From Octopus sinensis (Eukaryota): 64,000 bases of DNA. Position numbers and translations under genes: made by a program. Of the stretch, positions 54,107 to 64,000 are shown piece by piece. Where the stretch lies: assembly GCF_006345805.1 (NCBI RefSeq), contig NC_043003.1, positions 15,562,001 through 15,626,000 on the forward strand, written 5' to 3'. The notes beneath the pieces were generated by a model, which searched no databases, was not told the origin of the DNA, and saw only the letters and a list, made by a program, of their open reading frames with translations. Within the stretch, counting starts at the first letter, position 1. Every line of letters starts with the position of its first letter.

Positions 54107-55627
54107 TATATATATGGTGTGTGTGTGTGTGGTGTGTGTGTGTGTAAATATGTACAGATGCAAATACATACATACTTACACATTGAATGTTTGCCTGAAT
54201 ATCCTTTTAAATAAATCATGCTACACCTTGCATGGATATTCGTATTAGACTGCAGATTTTATTTCAAGCAATTGGTTTCAAAATAAAAACGACTTGATTC
54301 GTCTCCATTATTTTCATATATATAACTACTCATTCTTTATGGTTGAGGATATAACTCTTCGGTAGAGGCAAATACTGAATAAAACGTTCAGATTTTATCG
54401 TTCATATATTTGACACATATAAAAGCTCAAACACTCTCACGCATATACAGACAAGGATATCAAATAAATGTAGTTAAAGAAGGATAAAACAATTATTTAG
54501 GAATAACCATAGAGAAAAATATATCGATAGAGAAATGTAGAAATCATAGACTTTGCAAGAATATAAATGTTTATAAACTTAAACAAGATTCTTTGATCTT
54601 TAACATCATATACGGGAGTTCATACACAGTAAAATATATGGTGAGATTTATCTGAAATTATTTATTTGAAATGTTTGTGTGATGGCTTGTTTTATTTTGG
54701 TTTTTCAACTGTCGGAAAAACAAACATTAGTAATATTTAGCCATAAATTTCTTTCTACAATACAAATAAAAATATGAACATATTTAAATGATATTGAATA
54801 ACAGATAAAATGTAGTATCAACATATTTGGGGGAATATAGAAAAACGTATGTTTACGCACGAAATATAACATATATTTAGTATTGTTGTGTATATTTAAT
54901 AATGGAAGGTTTTAATGATTTTTCAGAATGCGAGAAGTGGGCGAATCAATGGAATAGAGCTCAGAGATATTATGCTATAAAAATTTTGTTAGGTGTGACA
55001 AAAACATTTTAAAGATTTAACGTTTCCATCCAAAAATGTTGTATTTATCAGTGATAACCCATTATGGAGCAGATTGTATTACAGGCCATTAATAAAATGT
55101 CGTAGAAATTAACCAGTGAGCAAGCAAATCTTTATTAGCCGATCGTGCAAGTTTAAACATAATGTAGCTAATGTATGGTTTATAACTCTTTGTCTTTAAT
55201 TCTTTCGTACTAATCTTCTGAACACAGTCGTAAAGACATCAATTATTAACAATTCTTTAAAAAAAAACATACTAAATTAACACAAAATGGAAGCAGACAA
55301 TATTCCGAGACTGGTGGACTAAACAATATGGCGTTGTTGATAATTGTGTAACCGTGATGCAGTTCTTCGTATAATGTGAGAAGAGCTACATGAGAGTTGA
55401 AAGTGATTTTTTGACACTAAATACCAAACACTTTTTAAAAAAACCTTTCGAAGACCCGCAAAGAATATATCTCGGCATACTTCACCTTACATCCGTAACT
55501 GGTTCCAGACATGGAACTTAACAAAAAAAAAAAAAAAAAACGACGTAACACGAAAAATCATTAAAAACAGGTGCATTAGACCATGTTTTAATAAGTGGTA
55601 TGTACACACTTTCACGTGTATTTTATT

Positions 55628-56073
55628 GGATCTTTTCGGTTTGAACGGCAGTTTTTAAAATAATTTCCACTTAACTAAACGCTTTTAAACTTCGTATACT
55701 GTTAGAATGTGTTTATAAAACATCTTTTTCTCTTGGCTTTATTGAGAAAATTCTATGGTTTGTAAGATATTTGTTGTTTTTTTTTTCTTCAATTTCTGCA
55801 ATTTCAACCAATCAATGACGTCTATTGAGGTAAAAAACATTCTGTGCCGTATGAACATGTCCCTCGTTTAAGAAACAGATTGGGTTTATTTACATTTGTG
55901 AAGAAAAAAAGATACCCTTCCCCCCAGCCCTAACCCTAGCCCTAACCAACCCTAACTAACCCTAACCCTAAAACATATTGAAATGCAATAGATCGATACT
56001 AGGGTCATAATTATGGGTGATAATTTCATATGATACCGCTAGAAAAAAACTGCCGTTCAAACCGAAAAGATCC
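55628..56073. mobile_element. MITE with about 29-bp TIRs, 8-bp TSD and an internal (CCCTAA)n tract; possibly Merlin or hAT superfamily
   Basis: TIR ggatcttttcggtttgaacggcagttttt and its complement; TSD ATTTTATT at 55620-27 and 56074-81. Confidence 0.85.
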
Positions 56074-56424
56074 ATTTTATTTGATTTTCCACATCAGTAT
56101 TGGCTTTTAGGGAATTTTCAAAATGTTACGCCTTAAATGTGTTCGCTGAGACCGACAATAGCATAAATCGACTGAAGCTGACGTTTATTTCTTTAAAATA
56201 CAAAACAAGGTTAAAAAGATGTAACTTGAAGAAACGTTTTAAGTTGACGTATATCACTACACGCAAAAGCTAAATTGGAAAACACTCAACCAGGGAACTT
56301 ATTACAATCATTTGCAGCACCTCTCCATTGACTAACTTATCGTATATAGCATCCTACACTTTATTAAAAATCACTGTTTGTTAGCGAGTTTATTAAAGAA
56401 GCTTTTGCTAAATTTCGTTTATTC

Positions 56425-56583
56425 ATTTAAGCCATTTAGCTGCGGCTATGCTGGAGCACCGCCTTTAGTCGAGCAAATCGACCCCACGACTTATTTTTTG
56501 TAAGCTTAGTACTTATTATATTGGCCACTTTTGCCGGACTGCTAAGTTACAGCATTGGTTGTCAAGCGATGGTGGAGAGGTAA

Positions 56584-56635
<52 letters not shown>

Positions 56636-56780
56636 GACGAACTTCTTTCAGTTTCCATCTACTAAATCCACTCACAAGGCTTTGGTCGGCCCGAGGCTAT
56701 AGTACAAGACACTTGCCTGCGGTGCCACGCAGTGGGACGGAACCCGGAACCATGGGATTGGTAAACAAGCTACTTTATTT
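56425..56780 (-). mobile_element. SINE family B
   Basis: Consensus match. Confidence 0.85.
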
Positions 56781-57172
56781 CATTAAATTTGTCATGAAGA
56801 CAGTACAAAGATTGGGTAGCTTTGCGGGTTGGACAAACGCATTAATGAATGAAAATGAAATAAAATGAATAAAATAGAGACGAAACCCAACACTTGCCGA
56901 TTGGATTTTTCTTGAAAACATATTTTCTTTTTTTAAAAGTCAATATAAGGTTTCAAACCTCTTGCAAGAAGGAGCCACTAAAATCTCTTACTTAACATGT
57001 TTTTTTTAAACACACAATTATGTGGTAACAAGCTTACTACTACACAGCCATTCCTGCGTCTAAAAATGTACATTTTTTATTGATGTCTTTCATAATAAAA
57101 TGAAGCAAACTCAACAGAAGCTGGTGTTGGCAAGTCTTATATAGCAAAATTGATAAAGTGTACAGAGAATTT

Positions 57173-57356
57173 GCTGTAAGGAGTGAAAAATCCAACATTT
57201 CAGACGCTGCTCTTCTTCGGGAGAAACATTGATTGGAGAGAGATCAATGAGAGACAACAGAAGATGTAAAGCAATCTCTCATTTATTTCTCTCCTTTCAA
57301 AGTTTTCCCTGAAGACGTACACTTTTCGAAACGTTGGATGTTCCACTCCTTACGGC
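57173..57356. mobile_element. Inverted pair of degenerate hammerhead-bearing Penelope-like ends
   Basis: The arms gctgtaaggagtgaaaaatccaacatttc and gaaacgttggatgttccactccttacggc are complementary; each is preceded by a C(U)GAAGA core. Confidence 0.55.
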
Positions 57357-57844
57357 AAGTTCACTGTTCTCCTTTCATGAGAAGAACTTTATTTTGAAAC
57401 GTATGAATTGGATATTAATAAAACAGATTTATGAAACATATTGTTAACTTAGAAAATGAAATTTAAAACACGTAAAATAAAACATACGAATTGTATATTT
57501 GTTATGATGTCATGAGTTATCTTCTATCGTTTTGTTGTACTGGTTTCCGTCATTGGATAGCGGCCAAGTTGGGTACCAACTTCAAAAGTATTTTAATCAA
57601 ACTAATCATTCACAATACTTGTTATTTTTTAAAGTCTGGCACAAATTTTTTTATTTTTCTCTTTGCCCAACTGCTACATTACAGGGACTTAAACTAACCA
57701 ACGCCAGCTGTGTGACAAACAGGCACAAATATACACACACAACGGACGGGCCTCCATACGATTTCCGTCTACGAAATTCACTCACAAGGCATTGGTCAGC
57801 CCGGGACTATAGTAGAAGACACTATTTTTTTTTACACAATACCT

Positions 57845-58073
57845 ATTTCTTTCCTACCCACAAGGGGCTAAACACAGAGAGGACAAACAAGGAGAGGCAA
57901 AGGGATTAAGTCGATTACATCGACCCCAGTGCGTAACTGGTACTTTATTTATTACCCCGAAAGGATGAAAGGCAAAGTCGACCTCGGCGGAATTTGAACT
58001 CAGAACGTAACGGCAGACGAAATACGGCAACGCATTTCGCCCGGCGTGCTAACGTTTCTGCCAGCTCGCCGCC
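57845..58073 (-). mobile_element. SINE family A inserted in a family B copy
   Basis: About 16-bp TSD tttttacacaatacct on both sides. Confidence 0.9.
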
Positions 58074-58212
58074 TTTTTACACAATACCTCTAGGTGTCAC
58101 GCGGTGGGACTAAACTCGAAACCGGGTGGTTGAAAAGCGAGCTTGTTAACCACATAACCATGCCTCTACCTATGGCTTAGTTGAAGAGTTTGTCGCACCA
58201 AGAAAAGATATA

Positions 58213-59260
58213 ATGAACTTTGTTGTTAGAATATTACGTGAAAGACATTTAAATTTGTCAAGAATATCAACGATTCTAACTGATGGCACCCTTAATTTGG
58301 TCGACACAAAGTTCGGTTATGTAAAGAAAATTACAAAACTAGTAGTTACTCTTGATTCAATTGTATTATACAACAGGAAATATTTTCCCCAATTAGATTT
58401 TAAAGATTTCAATCATGTGGTGAGTGATAACACAAACATAGTGAATTTAAACGCTGCCAGGGCTTGGTATACACGAGAATTTAATTTACTTTTAAATGAA
58501 GTTGGAAATTTTACATTAGTTTCATTACGTACAATAATACACGGCGGTTGAACGGTTTGTTGACCGTTTAAGTGAAATTAGTCTACTTTTAGATTCGAAA
58601 AATCTGGAGTATGATGTTTCTCAGTTGAATGATTTTACTTATCTCTAAAATTTTATATTTTACACGGACTTTTCATTGTATCTTAATGAGAATTGTATTA
58701 AACTTCAATGTTTTACGAAATGTATTGACGTGATGTTTAGTTTGATCGAGTTTCGAGAGTAAACGTGGCATTTCAACGTGGTTTAGATTACAAAAGTTTC
58801 AAGCACCTCCCAAGGGCGTACAAATATCTCGAAGAAACCAACTGTAAAAATCTTAAACAACACGCAAAATAGTTCATAAACGTTCTCAGGGCCATGACCG
58901 AGTAGTTGTCTTGTAGATTTGTGTATTATAGAGTTAGAGAAAATACTTCACTTAAGAAAATATACTGATGTAGCAGATTTCAAGGATGTAGAATTAGATG
59001 CGTTTGAATGGTTAGACGTAAAAGACTTATAAATGGAATTAGTCTATTTCCACTTTGGAAGCAAAGACTCATTATAATTGGTATCGATTTAGAAAAAAAT
59101 TAAAATTAAAGATGATCCTGAAGTAATTGTGAATGAATTTCCAGATTGCTTATTTCTGCGGTTGTGGAATTGCATTCGTGAAAATCCTGGTGCTTTGAAA
59201 TTCTTGCCAAAACACTGCTGAGAATTTCTCTTCAGTATGTTCATGTGAAATATTGTGATC
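58213..59260 (+). pseudogene. Decayed, densely packed ORF cluster of unknown (possibly viral) origin
   Basis: A 112-aa ORF continues across frameshifts into several protein-like segments, with an abutting TAA-ATG at 59030-35. I recognise no domain. Confidence 0.4.
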
Positions 59261-60331
59261 ACCATGGAAAATAAATAAATAATAAATTAATTAATTAAAT
59301 GACCATCCCGAAATACAACAACATTAAATATGATATATGTAATGATTTGAGTTCTGCCTGTCATCATCTTCATCATCCCTTCTATATTACTGTCTGGAGC
59401 CTGAGGAGCCATAGGGTCATTTACGCGATTTTCATGGCGTATAACTGACCAAGATCACAACACTTCTCCTGGACTGGACGCCAGTCCAATGCAGAGTAAC
59501 TTATATATAGCTGAGTGGAGTGGAGAAATGTGAAGTAAAGCATTTTATTGAAGAACACAACGCACTACCCAGTCCGAGAATTGAAACCACAATCTTCCGA
59601 TCGTGAGTGCAACACCCTAACCACTAGACAATACGCCTTCACTGAGTCCTGCCCGTGCCATATTAAAAATGCGCTCTCTATATCCCTCCCTTAAAACTCA
59701 GCAAAACAAATGATTAATCTCACGGTAGCGTTTTTTCATTTCCACCTATTTTTCTAAGTGTATTTTGAAATTTCAAGTAATATTCTATTAAACCAATAGT
59801 TTAAAAATATATTAATAAAAAAAGCCATTTATCTATATTTTGAAAACTAGAATACCTGCGACATTCCAATGATTTTTGAAAAAAAAATCCGATATAGAGG
59901 ACTAAAAAAAAAAATCAAATATACCAAGATAAAATGGTTTGTCATTGCTGTCCTAGTTACTGATTTCACTAGAACTTACGACGAAACACAAATGAATTAT
60001 TTCAACTGAGAACGGAAACTAGTGTCATTCATGAGTTTTATCGAGAATTTACCGCAACACTACGATGAAAGAATGTAACAATGGCGTTAACTGTTTGAAA
60101 AGAAGAGCCATCTTATATGCTGGTTGAATCTATCGGTCGTTAGTCTTCTGTTTCTGCGTGTACACGCATCTTCACACTGGAGCATAACTGGATAAAAGTA
60201 ATAACAAGTGAATATAGGAGATGGCGAGAGAATGAATATATACTTCCCATTTGCTAAGCATGTCTTGCATGATAAACGTGAGAAAGTTAGAGGATAATTT
60301 GCAGGTTAACTATAGCAATGATTGTATAAAG

Positions 60332-60927
60332 GAAGGCGGCGAGCTGGCAGAAACGTTAGCACGCCGGGCGAAATGCTTCGTAGTATTTCGTCTGCCGCTA
60401 CGTTCTGAGTTCAAATTCCGCCGAGGTCGACTTTGCCTTTCATCATTTCGGGGTCGATTAAATAAGTACCAGTTACGCACTGGGTCGATGTAATCGACTT
60501 AATCCATTTGTCTGTCCTTGTTTGTCTCCTCAGTGTTTAGCCCCTTGTGGGTAGTAAAGAAATAGTTATTTCGTCTGCCGCTACGTTCTGAGTTCAAATT
60601 CCGCCGAGGTCGCCTTTTCCTTTCATCCTTTCGGGTTCGATTAAATAACTACCAGTTACGCACTGGGTCAATATAATCGACTTAATCGGTTTGTCTGTCC
60701 TTGTTTGTCCTCTCTGTGTTTAGCCCCTTTTGGCTAGTAAAGAAATAGGTATTTCGTCTGCTACTACGTTCTGAGTTCAAATTCCGCCGAGTTCGACCTT
60801 GCCTTTAATCCTTTCAGGGCCGATTAAAGTACCAGTTACGCACTGGTGTCGATGAAATCACTTAATCCGTTTGTCTGTCCTTGTTTGTCCCCTCTATGTT
60901 TAGCACCCTGTGGGCAATAAAGAAATA
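60332..60927 (+). mobile_element. SINE family A, one head + three tandem modules
   Basis: TSD attgtataaag at 60321-31 and 60928-38. Confidence 0.9.
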
Positions 60928-61726
60928 ATTGTATAAAGAAATTAAATGGGTGCTAAAAAACACTTCTGCCTCGGCCCAAGGTCAGCCATTTTGAGGGAAA
61001 GGGGCTAGTTTATAACACCAACACCATCACGTGACTAGCCCTTTATGTTATTGGATGGACTTGAACTCAGAATGCAGAGAGCCGGAAACTGTAAAAGAGT
61101 TACTCCTAAGCTTAATTTCAACTTAATGCCTTCTTGAGTGATAAACTAATGGCTTGCCATTCAGCGGTTTTAGTGGAGAGGTTAAGTCGATTAAATTTGT
61201 CCTAGTGTTAATCTGGTACTTATTTTTATCGATGACGACAGGACAGAAAGCAAAGTCCACCTCGGAGAATCTGAGATGATAGGTGAAGAATCAGAAAAAT
61301 GTTGCGAATCGTTTTTCTCCGACTAGCTATCGATTCTGTCAACTTTAATGAATAGGAGAATAATTGATTCTTCTATAGGCATAAGGCCTAAAATTTTGAG
61401 GGAAGGGCTTAGTCGATTACACTGATTGCTGTGCTAAATATATACTTATTTTATCAACTCCGATAAGATGAAAGACAAAGTCGGCCCCAGCGGAATTTGA
61501 ACTCAGAACGTACAGAACTGGAAGAAATGCTGCTAAGCATCTTGTCCGGAATGCTGATGAAGACATATATATATATACATACAGGTGAACCCGACTGCCT
61601 TACAGTGTCAGGCAGTAACGGACGAAACGCTTGCATGACGAGATTTCTTACACTGAAGATTTCTTCTGCAGTCCATTCGCTTCGTAGCGAGTTTCTGTTC
61701 ACTACGTACAAACATTATCTATCTGT

Positions 61727-61774
<48 letters not shown>

Positions 61775-61783
61775 GTGTCTGTC

Positions 61784-61825
<42 letters not shown>

Positions 61826-61835
61826 GTGTCTGTCA

Positions 61836-61869
<34 letters not shown>

Positions 61870-61994
61870 GTGTCTGTAAATCTATCTGTCAGTTTGTCTG
61901 TCTGTCTGTTAATCAATCTATTTATCTATCTATCTGTCCGTCTGTCTGTCACTATCTATCTCACTTTATATATATATTTCTCCCTCTCTCTCTG

Positions 61995-62078
<84 letters not shown>

Positions 62079-62294
62079 CCATGAGCTTCCACACACTTTC
62101 CAGCTACCAAATTCACTCAGGAGGTATTAGACGGTCCGGATATTATAGTAGATGACACTTGCTCAAAATGCAGCGCAAGGGACCGAACCCCAAACGACGA
62201 TCTTTCAAATCACAACTTTTCTTTGACAGCCATTAAAAAGTAAAAATTTAAAATAGATAAAATAAATAAATAAGCTTTAGTATTTTATCTCTCA

Positions 62295-62503
62295 GCATTT
62301 ATTTGTTTCAGTCATTTGACTGCGGCCAAGCTGGAGCACCGCCTTGAAGGGTTTTAATCGAACAAATCGACCATAGGACTTATCGGTCTCTTTCGCCGAA
62401 CCGCTAAGTTACGAGTACCTAAGCACAACACTGTTTGTCAAGCGATGGTGGTGGGATACATACGTATACACACGTATACACACGCACACACACAGAGGCA
62501 TAC

Positions 62504-62541
<38 letters not shown>

Positions 62542-62700
62542 GACGGACTTCTTTCAGTTTCCGTCTATCATACCCACGCACAAGCCGCTGGTCCGCCCGA
62601 GGTTACAGGTTATAGGAGAAGACACTTGTCCAAGGTGCCACGCAGTGGAACTGAACCAGGAACCATATGGTTGGGAAGCAAGCTTCTTACCACACAGCCT
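62295..62700 (-). mobile_element. SINE family B
   Basis: Consensus match. Confidence 0.85.
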
Positions 62701-64000
62701 TAAATTTAAAACATTGATAATAATATAAATAAAAATATGAAAAATAAAGATAATTTTACATCCGAAAGGATGAGAATCAGTGTTAAGATCAGACACGTGT
62801 CTGCGGAATACGCAGCCCCTTATGCGTCATCTGACTTACAGGTAAGTCAGGTGATAACATAAATGTGTCTCCATTGTCTAACGACGGTGATCCCCCGCAT
62901 TTCCATTGAAGATTAGGTGTAGGAGTGGCTGTGTAGTAAGTAGACGGAAACAAGTATAAGAATTAAACATAAAAAGAAACAAAATAAAAGGCAACAAACC
63001 TCAGCAGACGAATAAAGGGGCTCGATTTAGGTAATACTCTGAGAGCCCAGCCCATTACCGCTTCTGCTTTTTAATACAACTACTTCCGAAAGTGTCCTTA
63101 AGCTCTTTTGAACCCCAACCAAGCAGTAAAATGTCTCACATCATTTGGGGCGCAACTTTCATAATGGTCGTTCACTTCCTTGTTAAACAGAAGTTAAATA
63201 GAAAATAGGTTTTGCAATACGAAATTCGCATTACGGCATTATATTTAGGAGCCTAAAGCTTCCGTAAGAGGTTTATTGCCTCATTAATGTGTGTCTTTTA
63301 TTATTTTTTTTTTTGAACTGTGTAAGATAGGATACTTTAAAAGAACAATGTTTTAGAGAAGCAAAAGTCGGCGGGCGCTTTTCGTCTTCTCCCATCCTTA
63401 TCATCCTCGTATCATTATCATTCATCCTATGGAAAAGGAACGGAAATCGAAAAGGGACCAGCTATAATGAAAAGGCTAATAAGAGTGAAATTGAATCCTT
63501 AAACGTATGGTAATGACCGAAAAGCAGTGTTGCTGGAGTCAGAAAAACGTAGACAGATTGATAGAGATGTTCCCGGACACTGTTATGGGGGGGGGGGCGA
63601 AATCTGTGTGCGTTACGACAGTTTGCCCAGCGTGGTGGAGCTGGAGGAGCTGACGAGGCACATAACTGATGAATACCCCAGATAATTATAATTGCATACG
63701 TGAACAGTAAAAATGAAACTGCGAGCTTGGCGGGCTCGTAAGCCACTCCACTCTATTCATTGTAAATAATCCATTTCATAATTATTCTTCATCATATGTA
63801 TCCCATGGTTTGTGTTGTCTGTCCTTGTTTGTCCCCCTCTATGTTGGGCCCTCGTGGCTAATAAGGAAAAATCTCATTAATGTCCGTATCCAGCCTGACA
63901 AGCTTCCTTACTCTATGTACTGCCTTTATGGCAAATTTAATAAAATAAAACAAAGCTTGTGTTTTTACTATGACGTCACCGCGCTATATGTTTCCTTCAT

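Noticed and set aside
54490-55000. Short open frames with possible splice sites
   Set aside because: Weak acceptors, no recognisable protein, AT-rich background.

Overview
AT-rich, microsatellite- and SINE-saturated metazoan DNA. The tRNA-derived SINE families match those I recall from octopus genomes, so a coleoid cephalopod is inferred; I could not run a database check. Only one convincing host protein-coding region is present: the single coding exon (21693..21007, minus strand) of a 228-aa neuropeptide precursor. It has a signal peptide and four W-X5-W-amide peptides (allatostatin-B/MIP/WWamide family), and its 5' UTR exon lies somewhere upstream. The rest is mobile-element material: a near full-length decayed mariner, relics of a pogo-like transposase, a Penelope-like RT, RTE and RLE-type LINEs, three non-autonomous Helitrons, two MITEs, three SINE families (about 40 copies, several nested and TSD-bounded), a tRNA-Gly pseudogene and a 71-bp minisatellite. 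The most interesting unexplained signals are: (i) several minimal hammerhead-ribozyme motifs, including ones fused to a tRNA-like Pol III head; (ii) a covarying multi-helix, probably pseudoknotted, RNA motif shared by two otherwise different repeats; (iii) decayed, tightly packed ORF clusters of unknown, possibly viral, origin at 58-59 kb and 63 kb. Almost all other listed ORFs are artefacts of (TA)n/(CA)n/(TCTA)n repeats or of SINEs.
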